Source: Cetorhinus maximus (lineage: Eukaryota). From it: a stretch of 64,000 nt of DNA. Positions 23,245 to 36,009 of this stretch are shown here, in pieces. The stretch's first letter is position 1, and each line of letters begins with the position of its first letter. The stretch lies in the NCBI RefSeq assembly GCF_964194155.1, contig NC_135880.1, positions 205,902,001 to 205,966,000 of the forward strand. The letters are read 5' to 3'. The notes beneath the pieces were generated by a model. That model was given only the letters and a program-made list of their open reading frames with translations. It searched no databases and had not been told where the DNA came from. The translations under genes were made by a program, and so were the position numbers.

Positions 23245-26200
23245 AGGGCAATGATAGGGCTTTAAACTAAATAGTGGGGTGGGGGGGGGGCGGGTTCAGT
23301 TGCATGGAAATATAAAAAATCAAAGTTTAAGAAGAGGGTAAGAGTGCAGGTTAGTGACGAGGCTGATTGTTACCAAAAAGTGAAAGGAAGGGACAGAGTG
23401 TGTGAACGCCATATTGCACCAAAGAATCATATAAGAGTAGGGAAAATTGACAAAAGGGCAAACTTAAAAGCTTTGTATCTGAATGTGTGTCGCATTCGGA
23501 ATAAAACCAATGAGCTAACAGTGCAAATAGAGATAAATAGGTATGATTTGGTGGCGATTATTGAGATTTGGCTACAGGGAGAACAGGTTTGAGAGTTGAA
23601 TATCCAAGGATACTCAGTGTTTCGGAATGATAGGCAGGAAGGAAGAGGTGATGTAGCTTTGTTAGTAAATGAAGAGATCAGTGCTATAGTGAGGAATGAT
23701 ATAGGCACTGGAGATCAAGATGAGTCAGTCTGGGTAGAAATAAGAAATAACAAGGGAAAGAAGTCCCTGGTGGGAGTAATCTATAGGTCCCCAAACAGTA
23801 GGTCAGCAGTAGGGCACAGTATAAACCAGGAAATACTGGGAGCATGTAAGAAAGGTATGGCAATAGTCATGGGTGATTTTAGTATGCATATAGACTGCAC
23901 TAATCAAATTGGCAAGGAAAGCCTTGAGGGAGAGTTCATAAAGTGTATTAGAGATTGTTTCTTGGAGCAATATGTTGTGGAACCAACCAGAGAGCAGGGT
24001 ATTCTGGATTTGGTTTTGTGTAATGAGATGGGATTAATTCATGATCTCATAGTAAAGGATCCTCTAGGGGAGAATGATCATAGCATGCTAGAATTTCAAG
24101 TTCAGTTTAAGAGTGAGAAACTTGAGTCCCACACTAGTGTTCTGGAGTTAAACAAAGGCAACTACATAGGCATGAGGGCAGATTTGGCCCTAGTGGACTG
24201 GGCAGGAACACTACAAGGTAGGACAGTTGATGAACAGTGGCAGATATTTATGGAGATGTTCAATTCCTCCCAAGTAAAATATTTTCCCAAGAAGAAGAAA
24301 TATGGTAAGAGGGGGAAAAAGCATCCATGGCTAAGTGAGGAAGTTAAAGATAACATAAAGGCAAAAACTAAGGTATACTAAATTGCAAAGGTCTGGCAGG
24401 CTGGAAGATTGGGAAACTTTTAAAGATCAACAAAGGGTTACTATAAAAATAATAAAAAGAGCAAAGGTAAACTATGAAAGAAAACTAGTGCAAAATGTAA
24501 AAACTGATAGCAAAACCTTCTACAAGTATATAAAAGGAAAGAGAGTAGCTAAAGTGAATGTTGGTCCCTTGGAGGATGAGACTGGGGATTTAATAGTGGG
24601 GAACACAGAAATGGCAGAGATGCTTATTCAATATTTTGCCTCAGTTTTCATGGTGGAGGACACTAGTACCACCCCAATAGTAACACGTAGTGCAAAGGAT
24701 ATAGAGAAGGAGGAACTTAGAACAATCACCATCACTAGAGAAAAATTACTGAGCAAACTATTGGGATTAAAGGGTGACAAGTCCCCAGGACCTGATGGCC
24801 TACATCCCAGGGTCTTAAAGGAAGTGGCAGCGGAGATAGTGGATGCATTGGCTATAATATTCCAAAATTCCCTGGATTCTGGAAAGGTTCCAGTGGATTG
24901 GAAAAATGCTAATATAAGGTCCTTATTCAAAAAGGGTGGGGAGGCAGAAAGTAGGAAACTATAGACCAGTTAGTTTAACGTCTGTCGTTGGGAAATTGTT
25001 GGAATCCATTATTAAGGAAGTAGTAATGGGGCATTTGGAAAGTCAAAATGCAATCCATCAGAGTCAGCATGGTTTTATGAAGAGTAAATCATGTTTGACT
25101 AATTTGCTAGAGTTCTTTGAAGGTGTGACAAGCAAAGTGGATAATGGGGATCCTGTAGATGTAGTATATCTGGACTTCCAGAAGGCCTTTGATAAGGTGC
25201 TGCGCAAAAGATTAATACACAAGATAAGATCACACTGAGTTAGGGGTAATATATTAGCTTGGATAGAGGATTAACTAACCAACAGAAAGCAGAGAGTCGG
25301 GATAAATGGGTCTTCTTCTGGATGGCAAGCTGTAACTAGTGGGGTGCCACAGGGTTCGGTCCTTGGGCCCCAACTATTTACAATCTATGTTAATGACTTG
25401 GATTCAGGGATAGAAGGTACTATAGCTAAATTTGCAGATGATACCAAAATAGGTGGGAAAATAAGTTGCAATGAAGAAATAAGAAATTTACAAATGTTTA
25501 TGGACATGTTAGGTGAATGGCCCAAAATTTGGCAGATGGAGTTTAACGTGGATAAGTATGAAGTTATCCATTTTGGTCGGAAGAATAAAAAGGCGACTTA
25601 TTATTTAAATGGAGAGAAACTTCAGAATGCTTCAGTGCAGAGGGATCTGGGTGTCCTCGCCCATGAATCGCTGAAAGCTAGTATGCAGGTACAGCAGGTA
25701 CTGAGGAAGGCAAATGGAATTTTGGCATTTATTGCTAAAGGAATAGAGTATAAAAAGAGGGAAGTGTTGTTGCATCTGTACAAGGCATTGGTGAGACCGC
25801 ACTTGGAGTACTGTGCACAGTTTTGGTCCCCTTGAGGAAGGATTGGAGGCGGTTCAGAGATTCACTAGATTGATTCCAGAGATGCGGGGCTTGTCTTATT
25901 AGGAGAGATTGAGCAGTTTAGGCCTACTCTCGCTAGAGTTTAGAAGGGTGGGAGGAGATCTAATTGAGGTACATAAGATGCTAAAGGGGATAGACAAAGT
26001 AGATGTGGAGCGGATGTTTCCCCTTGTGAGGCATGCTAGAACAAGACGCCATAGTTTTAGGCTAAGGGGTGGTAGATTTAAATCAGAGATGAGGAGGAAT
26101 TACTTTTCTCAAAGGGTGGTGAATCTGTGGAATTCACTAGCTCAGAGTGCAGTGGATGCTGGGACGCTGAATAAATTTAAGGAGGAGATAGATGGATTTT

Positions 26201-26347
26201 TACTTAGTAACAGGTTGAAAGGTTATGAGGAGAGGGTGGGAAATTGGAGTTGAGGCCGAAATGAGATCGGCCATGATTGTAATGAATGGCGGGGCAGGCT
26301 CGAGGGGCTGTATTGCCTGCGCCTGTTCCTAGTTATGTTCTTATGTT
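23245..26347 (+). mobile_element. CR1 LINE (end of ORF1 plus complete but disrupted ORF2) inserted in the Gypsy relic
   Basis: APE domain, NYRPVSLTS, YLDFQKAFDKV, PQGSVLGPQLF, KFADDTK, RPHLEYC; tail TTATGTTCTTATGTTC. Confidence 0.95.
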
Positions 26348-26349
26348 CA

Positions 26350-28200
26350 ATAGAAGAATTGCCATCAATGACGTCAATCCCACTGGTTTGGATGACTTGG
26401 ACTGTGTTACGTTTAAGCTGGAGTCAGACAACTACCTAAGATTTGAAATAGCCATGGATGCACAATGAAATATATTTCCACTCCCCCTATACAAAAAAGC
26501 AGCAAGAGATTTTAAGCTTGCGAAGATTAAACAATTTAAGACTGGGATTGTAGCTTAAGGAGGTTTCAGTCTCCCCATTGGAGGACAATATGAATTCTGG
26601 ACCAATGTAGTGATTAGAAGTCTTAAACTGGATCATAAACTCATTGATTCCATGACACTACAGCCTCTGCCAGGTAGAAAGGCCTGCCTGGAATAGACAT
26701 CATTAACTACAGTGATAATGATGAAATTAACCGAAAAGAATTTACTGGAGTAGCAGTATGCATGATCAATACCTACAAACCACTAAGCATCGAGTGTCTA
26801 ACATTTTTGGATATTCAGTGAAGCAAAGTATGAAAGGTTGAGGGAGAGTTCTGAATCAGGCTCCACAAATTGGTGGTTTTGGTCCAACATGTGCTGCATT
26901 ATGTACCTGTGGCTTTCAGAAATATGCTGAAGGAAACCCTGGACAGTGTGGTCAGTCAGGATATCGTCACTTCTGTAACAGCTCAAACGCCATGGATCAG
27001 TTTTGATGGTAGTTGTACCAAAGAAAAATGGCACATAATGCATCTGTTTAGATCAGGGGTTGCAAACTGTGGGTCATGACCTCCAGAGGGGTCACAGAGA
27101 TACCGAGCACCCCCTCCTCTGAGGCAATAATGGCGACTGTGAAGAGAAGGCTCTGGTGCGACAGCGCTGGACTCACTGACGACTTGAATCCAGAACTCCT
27201 AGCCCAGAGGTAGGCATGCTACTACTGCACCAGAAGACCTCCAAGCTACAGAAAAGTATAAAAGGTACAAAAAGTATAAAATTACAGCTGGCCTGCTATC
27301 AAGTTGACTGCCTCGACCTCTACTTTGACTTTTGAGTTGAACTAACTGTCCAAAGGGGATTGATATTCAAGAAACAGCAACTTGAGGTACCAGCTGAATT
27401 GATGAAAAATCAAGGTCAGTTACTTATTCAAGGCAATATAAAAGCAAAATACTGTGGATGCTGGAAATTTGAAATAAAAATGTTCCGAAGAAGTCATATG
27501 GACTTGAAACGTTAACTCTGTTTCTCTCTCCACAGATGCTGCCAGACCTGTTGAGTTTTTCCAGAATTTTCTGCTTTTATTTCACTTAGCCAACGAATAT
27601 TGAATTGAAGGTTGTCTCTGTAGAGTCTGTGATAGCCTCCACTGGCCCTCAATGTCAACAGATTTAATAATACATTTCTAAAGTCTTGATATCTATTTGG
27701 CTATTCACAGTTCTCCAAATAAGGAACCATTATTGCAACACGAGATTGTGGATAAGCCTTGGTCGAAGGTTGCAGCTGACCTTTTTTTGAGTTACGTGGC
27801 CATACCATGCTCGTGTGTGATTGTAACTTTATCAAAGTAGCCATCCTCACTTTTGTAACCTAGTGCAGTGTCTGAGAGAAGTCCAAGATATGTTTGTGAG
27901 ATTTGGTGTTCCTATCTGCAGAATTTTCAGTATGTGCCAAGGAATGGGGACTGAGATACTCACTGTCATCACTTTACTACCTACTGTCCAATGGCACACC
28001 TGAAAATACTGTCAAGACTATCAAATGACCCTTCACAAAATGCAGGAGGTCAAGTCAAACAGAGTTCTTAGCTTTTGGGTGAAGGTGTAGGCACAAGCCT
28101 TGCACAGACACCTATGAGTCATAGGTACAAGATATTACTTTTTATAGTGGGAGCATTTCTGCAGCCTTGCTATTCAACTGGAGAAGAGACTAGTGTGCTT
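26350..28200 (+). mobile_element. Gypsy relic, protease/integrase remnants, with small nested repeats
   Basis: HEIVDKPWSKVAADLF (about 27740) and SLYYLLSNGTPENTVKTIK (about 27970) resemble integrase core motifs. Confidence 0.65.
27438..27583. mobile_element. Penelope-derived miniature element
   Basis: Tail AAAAGCAAAATACTGTGGATGCTGG plus inverted terminus and decayed hammerhead-like CCGAAGAAGTC..GACTTGAAACGTT. Confidence 0.75.
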
Positions 28201-28399
28201 ATTGGTAACAAAATACAAATTTTATTGTATATAAAAGAATGAAACAAAACTAGCACTATTAACTCAACAATATGGTTTATAACTACATATGTTTACTTCT
28301 TCCCCCAAGAATTATCTTATAAAACACATAAATCTTAAAATGTCTTACTTTGGTAGGAACCACTTATAAGTATGCCATGGTCCTCTGGAGAATTCTCCT

Positions 28400-29110
28400 C
28401 AGCTACAGCTATTCTCAGAGTAAAACATTCATTACCATCTCTTGGCTGTGGATGCCTCAGTCCTTTGTTCTGCTTACTTTTCAATACTTCTGGGTGAATC
28501 TGCTTGTTGCTTTCTTTGCCACAACACTCTATAAGGACCATTGTATATTCTCCTGCTAGTTTCAAACTTGGTAGTGTGCTCTCTAGGAATGCCACTATTA
28601 ATGAAGATATCCACACATCCATAAAGCAAGTTGTGCCTATGGCCGACTCCATGATCGTGTCTGAAAGCAGCATAGGCATTAAGCTGAAGATTAAAATCAA
28701 ACTCTCACAGGCCTTTGTCCTTATCCCCCCTGCTGTATTGTGTAGAATCCTGCGTCTGCTATAGGCGCCACATAAAAGCTCTGGAATGCTATCCCAAAGA
28801 TGCCTGAGGTCCATCATGAGAATTCAATGGCAGCGCAAAATCACAAATAATGAAGTCCTTCATCGTGTTGGGCTCCACAGCTTGAAGAGCGCCCTCCAGA
28901 AAATTCAATTTAGATGGGCAGGCCATGTCTCCTAAGGGATTCTATGGGGACTGTCTCAGAGCAAACAACATCAAAATGGTCAGTTCAAATGAAATAAGGA
29001 CACCCTAAAAAAAAGCGCTGCAAACTACTGCATTACAGACTACCCCTCTTGGGAAAAGATTGCAGGTGAATGACACATGTGGAGGCAAGCAGTGAAACTA
29101 TGGCATTGAA
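28400..29110 (+). mobile_element. Decayed RTE-clade LINE
   Basis: QRCLRSIMRIQWQRKITNNEVL and QFRWAGHV in manual translation. Confidence 0.75.
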
Positions 29111-30524
29111 GTCAGTAGTGGTAGCACAGTTGGGTGTCTTTCGCACATGTTGGTCCTGTATTTTGTGGCCAAGGGATAGCAAGTATCAGATTAATCAGAG
29201 AATCATTGAATGATATTGCACAGAAGGCTATTTGGCCCCTTGTACCTGTGCTGGAAAGGGACCAAAGAAGGATTCCAGGTGTGCAGATTTGTAACCGATC
29301 ATTACAAAGGCAAGAAAATATTATTAAACGCACATTTAATCTATTCAGATTTATTAATGTGTTTTTTGTTTGCCCATGAGGACAAGAAATGTCAGTCCTG
29401 GGGAATGGAATATTGTGGACCTGAAGCACTTCTCTGTCATTAGAACAGGAAGAGTGTGCTCCCTTTCCTTTGGTCCAACTGGATTTTATTTCCAACCTAC
29501 TGCACTAGTGTGGTTTTGCTCATTTTCCACACTCACCCATGTTTTATCACCTTACCAAATTACAAAAGCAGATTTGTGTTGTGGTCCTCTCTGAGACTGA
29601 CCAGACTCATTTGTAGTGAAACCCTTCAAATTCAGGTCACAGCAAGGTGGAAAATTACTGTGCCAATCAGTTTTCTGACTTCATGCACGTTAACCATCCA
29701 TGTTTGCCATGGGCAGTTTGGTGTCTTGTGGATCCAGTGTGCAAACCCCTTTCCTGTTGCTGTCTGGAGAGATTACAGCCACTACATACTGCAGTTGAAG
29801 TACCTGAAATGAACACAGAAAATGCTGGAAAAATACGGCAGGTCTGTCAGCAGCTGTGGAGAGAGAAACAGTTATTGTTTCAGGTCATGACCTTTCATTC
29901 CCACCTGCAATAGACAGCAACAGGAATAACGTCAAGAAGAAGCAGGACTCGTGTAGGAGTAATGTTGAAGGAAAATGAAAAGGAGAGGTAAAGGGAAATA
30001 AAGAGGGAAGAAACTGGGGGTCGGGATTTTCCGGACCTGCTGACCGCCGGGTTTGACCCGCAGAAAGTCAACAGGCTTTTGGCTGGCCCGCCGCATGCCC
30101 CACAGCAGGGACGGGGGCTGGGTGGGGGAGGGGGGGTGGGGAGGGGGAGGTGCTAGAAAATCTTGGCATAGGAGTGGAAATTGGGAAGGGGATGGGAAAA
30201 ATAGAGAAGCCAGGTATGGCACTTTGGAACAGGAGAGAAACTGGGACCCATACTCTGAGAGGAAGGGAGGATGTGCCAGCAGCACCTGAAGGGATGGGTA
30301 TGGGAGGTGGAGGTGTGGGATGTTTGGAAAGTGTCACAATGATCTGAGAGGGCGGGATTGTGAGTGTGTTAATGGGACGGGGATAGGGAGAAGGAGGGTG
30401 CCACCTTCAAGTGTGCCAGTTTAAAAAGGGATGGAAGAAAATGACCTGCTTGAATTAGACTGGCACCACAAGTTGGTAAAAGGTTATTTTAAAGGAATGC
30501 ACAATTCTGAATTTGCTTCCTTAT

Positions 30525-31858
30525 TTTGATCCCCTTTTTTTCAATATTTATTTTTAAATTTTTAAATATATATATTTTTCCCCACCTATTTCTATCATTA
30601 TTTTAAAAAATTTATTTCCCTTCATTGTTTTATCCCCACCTTTCAGCCTATTTCGATCTTTATTCCCACCCCACCCCCACTAGGGCCATCTGTCACTTGC
30701 TCATCCTGCTTTCTGCTCTTAATGTCTCCATTAGCACCTTCTTTAGCCAGTATCACCACCATCAACACCCCTTCGACCTTTTGTTTATGACATCTTTTGC
30801 AATCTCTCCTTTGCTTCCACCTATCGCTGGCCTTCCATCCAGCTTCACCTGCCCCACCCCCCTTAAACAGTGTATATTTCCGCCCACACACCCTCTTCTC
30901 CCTCCCAGAAACATGATAGGGTCCCCCTTATCCTCACTTATCACCCCACCAGCCTCCGCATTCAAAGGATCATCCTCCGCCATTTCCGCCAACTCCAGCA
31001 TGATGCTACCACCAAACACATCTTCCCTTCACCCCCCCCCCCCCGCCGGCGGCATTCCGCAGGGATCATTCCTTCCGGGACACCGTGGTCCACTCCTCCA
31101 TCACCCCCTACACCTCAACCCCCTCCCATGGCACCTTCTCATGCAACCGGAGAAGGTGCAACACCTGCCCCTTTACTTCCCCTCTCCTCACCGTCCAAGG
31201 GCCCAAACACTCCTTTCAAGTGAAGCAGCATTTCACTTGCACTTCCCTCAACTTAGTCTACTGCATTCGTTGATTCCAATGCAGTTTCCTCTACATTGGA
31301 GAGACCGAACGCAGACTGGGTGACTGCTTTGCAGAACACCTTCGGTCTGTCTGCAAGTATTACCCAGACCTCCCTGTCACTTGCCATCTCAACACTCCAC
31401 CCTCCACCCCACCCCCACTAGGGCTATCTGTACCTTGCTTGTCCTGCTTTCTACCCTTAATTAGCACATTCCTTTAGATAATATCACCACCTTCAACACC
31501 TCTTTGTTCTTTTGTCTGTGGCATCTTTTGGTTATCTCCACCTATCACTGGCCCTCTATCCAGCTCTTCTTGTTCCACCCACCCCCTTAAACCAGATTAT
31601 ATTTCACCTCTCTTCTATTTTTACTTCTGTTGAAGGCTCATTCGGACTCGAAACGTTAACTGTGCTCCTATCCGCAGATGCTGCCAGACCTGCTGAGTTT
31701 TTCCAGGTATTTTTGTTTTTGTTTTGTATTTCACCACATTTCTACTTCTCTTTAGTCCTGAAGAAGAGTCAACCGGACTCGAAACGTTAACCTCTGTCTT
31801 TCTCTCCACAGATGCTGTCAGACTTGCTGAGATTTTCCAGCACTTATTATTTTTGCTT
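30525..31858 (+). mobile_element. Penelope pseudo-LTR (variant family) containing a nested Penelope fragment at 30881-31726
   Basis: Inner GIY-YIG remnant CNRRRCNTC...LVYCIR..LYIGET; outer sequence resumes after a duplicated TATTTC (30875-30880, 31727-31732). Confidence 0.85.
31754..31791 (+). ncRNA. Minimal type-I hammerhead ribozyme-like motif with canonical CUGAnGA core
   Basis: CTGAAGA-A-GAGTC-AACCG-GACTC-GAAA-CGT-T-AAC: core, 5-bp stem II, GAAA, palindromic ACGT stem III; stem I is weak in this copy. Confidence 0.6.
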
Positions 31859-32756
31859 CCTCATACTCCTGATTGCAGTGATCCCAGGATTTGCAACCCC
31901 TCTGTGATTGGGGAATTATTTTCAAAATGTAAGTTAGTTTGACCTTTTCCAGCTGGTAATAGAGTACTTTTCAATGAATTTGAATGACTGTATCTTGTTT
32001 ATATGCCCGTGTTCAGTATAGATTCCAAAATACTGGAACATCAACCAGATTTTTGTCTCTATTATCTTACTCAATATGTTATTTTGGGAATTTGTTGCTC
32101 TTTAAGTAAACTTTCCTATTAAATGTTCTCAACTCAGCTTGAGAAGTTGCAGCCTCTTAACGAAAGGTAGAGTTGTGATTGAAGAAATCTTTCTTATAGA
32201 ATGCACCCAGTCGAGATCCCATTGCCCAATCAAGTGTAGAATGAGTCAGCCGCAAAATAAATCTCTCTCTACTCTGCCCCAGCACTGTGTCTTAGTCCCA
32301 ATCTCAAAGTAGCATCCTCTAATACATTATTGTGTAACTCCATTTCCCATACCTGTCACCCTAATGGACTTTCTGAGTGTGACGGCTAATTAATTCTAAA
32401 TTATGTGCCATTCTTTTTCTGCAGGAACTGAGCCGTACGTGTCCAAATTAATTTCACTTGATCTTTATCGGTGAAACAGAGCGAGAAAGCTTTCAGCCTG
32501 TCCGTCTGGATTGCCTTCAAACCCAAGCCCAGAGATGAAAGGACATGAGCTGGTCCATGGCCCCACCCAATGCCCCACTGTGTTATTGTCAATGTTAAAC
32601 TTAATTACACAGTAAAGGGGTGTAATTGCTTGAACATTAGACAGTTTTTTACTCAAAAACGTAAGTTTATCCTGGTAAAGGATTAGGCCTTTGAGGACTA
32701 TGGTCACATTTTGCAGTAATATCAAAGAGCTGCATTATTTCAGAGCACTGTAAATC

Positions 32757-33425
32757 AGAAAATCATAGAATCTTACAGCCCAGAAGGAGAGTATTCATAC
32801 TTGGACTGGCTGTTTTATAGAGCTGTCTGATTTACTCCCACACACCAGCTTTCTCTCCACGAGCTTGCAAACGAGCCCTTTTCTACATGTCCAATTGCCC
32901 TTTTGAAAGTTCCCACAGAATCTGATTCCACCACCCTTTCAAGTAATGTATTCCAGATCTTAACAAGCCTCTGTGTGAAAAAAAATTCTCCTAATTTGCC
33001 CCTCTAGTTTTTTTTTGCCAATTATTTTAAATCTGTGACATCTAGTTACCGAGAAACTTGCCAGGGGAAACGGTTTCTAGCTATTTCCTCGACAAAACCC
33101 CTTATCATTTTGAATAAATGTATTGAGTCTTTCCCTTAACCTCCTCTGCATTAAGGATTATGATCTCAGCTTTTTCAATCTCTGCACAAAAGTGATGTCC
33201 CTCATCAATGTTAGCATTCTGCTAAACCACCCCTGGACATAAGCAAAGTACTGATAAAGGGCCATTGGCTTCCAACGTTGACTGTGTTTCTCTCCAGGTG
33301 CTGCCTGGCCTGCTGAGAATTTTCAGCATTTTCTGTTTTTATTTTAGCCTCCTCTGCACCCTCTCAAAGGCCTTGCCATCCTCCCTAAGGTGTGGTGCCC
33401 AGAATTGTACACAATACTCCAGCTG
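32757..33425 (-). mobile_element. Old CR1 3' fragment with a nested Penelope mini-element (about 33240-33345)
   Basis: AGAAAATCATAGAATC tail; GCCCAGAATTGTACACAATACTCCAG is the reverse of LEYCVQFWA. Confidence 0.7.
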
Positions 33426-34656
33426 TGGCTGTTGGTTGCTCTATTTATTTTATATTACAGACCCAGTTAGGCTGAAATTCCTTGGGGATCACAATCCCAG
33501 CGGTCATGCCTGCATTGCAGCCACTGGTGTTCTCTAGCAATTATGCCGCATGACTTTGTGAATTCACTTCCATGAGACAGACTGGTGCAGCGGTATGCCT
33601 CAAGCCCCCTAAACCTGAAAAACTCATGGCAGCCTCCTGCTGTAGGTAGCTGTGTATCCAGGTCCAGCCAGAGCCTGTAGGAGAGGTGGGGTGGGATTGA
33701 TCATTTTATTTTGTGGATCCAGACTGCTTCCCTGACCTGGATCCCATGGATAGAGACCACATTCAACACCTGGATCTTAGCACGTCTCAACCCACTTGCT
33801 GCACTGGCACCCACAGATACACAAGATCCCAAATGAGCCAGCATACTGGAAACTCCTGATGTAGGCAGTTCCCACCTGTAGTTGTGTTTCAATGACATTT
33901 GCCCTGAGAAGAGTGGGCAGAAATTCTGCAGCTACAAGGCAAGTTACAAACTCCCAGATATTTCAGAGACCGAACCTGACCAGGACTTTACCGTTTCTCC
34001 GGGGTTTACGTTGGAATTACGGAGGGGGACTGATGGAATCTCTAATGGAATCTGTGTACTCTCTGAAAATTATACCCCTGCAAACCACATCAATCTTGTG
34101 TCTGATTTTTTAATTTGCACCTTGGATGTTAGTGGTTGCAATCGCACAGCATCACTTATCATTATCAGGTGTTGCCTCTTCTTGTGAACTCTCTTCACTG
34201 AATTGCATTGCTGGTTCACAGGAGCAGAAGTACAAAAAATAGCTGCGTGCAGATTATGCAAATGAATGAATGGTTAAAGTGGAGAATTTACAAGCGAATA
34301 TGTGTTGCTTTAAGTTTTTTTGTCCCCCAAACCACTTTGGGACAGTGTACAAACATAATTTCACTCTATCACTCCTCTGGATTTGAGTCTTTAGGAAGAA
34401 CAAGGGGTCTCAGAACGCCAAAGGTAATTCAGGTTTCAAAAGCTCAGCTTTGCTAACAAACAAGAGCGCGTGTTCCTTCCCAAATGAAGTGCTATCTCTC
34501 GATCACTGAGGCAGTAACAAGTAATTAACAACGCTGCTTTTCAAGCTGTTCTTGGAGCTCTACGTTGTTTCATTTCAGGATCATTGAACATTTGTAAAGT
34601 GCTAATTAAATAATTTGTGATCATCTGAGATCAACAAGTCATACAACTTGAAGGAG

Positions 34657-34762
34657 GTGTCAGCTGTGGCTCAGTTCATAGCACCCTCGCCTTTGAATCA
34701 GAAGGTTGTGGGTTCATGTCCCACTCCCGGAAACCAAGAATTGTGACTGTACTCGAAAGAGT
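34657..34762 (+). mobile_element. 106-bp tRNA-like SINE-head insertion
   Basis: A box TGGCTCAGTTCAT, B box GGTTCATGTCC; perfect 15-bp direct repeat TACAACTTGAAGGAG on both sides (34642-34656, 34763-34777). Confidence 0.8.
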
Positions 34763-36009
34763 TACAACTTGAAGGAGCTAACTTACCATGCTCTTTCGTT
34801 TAATTTGTAAATGACTCAAGGTGATTTTCATTGCATGCCAGTGTTTGACAGCAGAATATCTGGTTTTTGTGACAACCAAACTCATAGGGCTAGATTTTTA
34901 CTTTCTGTACTCTGATAAAATGTGTAATAGTCAGCAGCCAGCTTTCCACCTCTCTCAATTTTTATTTCCACTGACTATCCTGCTCAGTCCTAATGCAGCA
35001 TCTCTCCTCCAGTTGCAGGTGGAGAAACCTCTCTCATTTTACTCCTATGCCTTTTCTAGTTCATTTCCCCTTATTAAAAAGCTAATTGAGTTCAATGGAT
35101 ACAGCATTCACTTTAAGTGCTATTCCAGCTGGCTAATTGTGTGCTTGAGGATTGAGACAAGAAGGCCAGAAAAGAGAAGAGGAGAATTAAAATGTCTGGA
35201 ACCACTGGTCTGTGAATTGAATACTGTACTTCATTGATGCAGGCATGAACACCTTTATCTGTGATGCAGGTCTTGCTTTTTTTTCCCCCCAGTCACTTAT
35301 GATTAACTGCTCAACACTCTGCTTTGTTTCCTCTTTTCATCCTTCCAAAATGTTTCAAAGAGAGATTCTGCCCATTAATCGGAGTTTAAATTCTACTTTG
35401 GACTCCACCCACCAGCAATGTTTATTTCACACTCTTTCAGATTCATGTGAGGACAAGTTCGAGAGCAGGGGCAATGGCTTGCATATATTGGAACAATGTT
35501 TTTGGTTTCCAGACGAATTAACTTTCTAGTTAAATTTGTGAAGCCTTTTTATACAGTACTGTATGTAGTAAAGTAAAAACCCTTATGTAGTAAAGACTTG
35601 ATTTTACTGCAACTGGTGTATGGCACCCACAAGCAGTACATTGAATTCTGTACCCTGTAGAGGCTTCAACGTTGATCCTGTGAGTTTGGTTGCAAGGAAG
35701 TTTTACCTCACTCAGCTCTGATATTGCTCAGTTTATCACAATATGAATAGATTTTCATCAAAATATCTTCCTTGACCTTTTCAATTGGGTTAGTGCAGCG
35801 AATTATGGCAGATGAAGAGACAGTGGATGCCCATTTTAAAGGAAAATTTTGGTTTTTCCTTATTGTCTTAAGTGATAAATTTAAATGTCATGCGGCCTAC
35901 ATTCAGGTGAGCAACTCAACTGTGAATTGAGGAGTTAATTGTTCTGGTCAGTTGACATGAAAGATGCTTGATTGGTATGTTTTCAATGGATGATGTGTCA
36001 CTATTTTGC

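Noticed and set aside
27054-31901. hAT-like inverted ends CAGGGGTTGCAAAC ... TTTGCAACCCCT as one large element
   Set aside because: No 8-bp TSD, and the Gypsy relic continues inside the span; more likely two unrelated MITE ends
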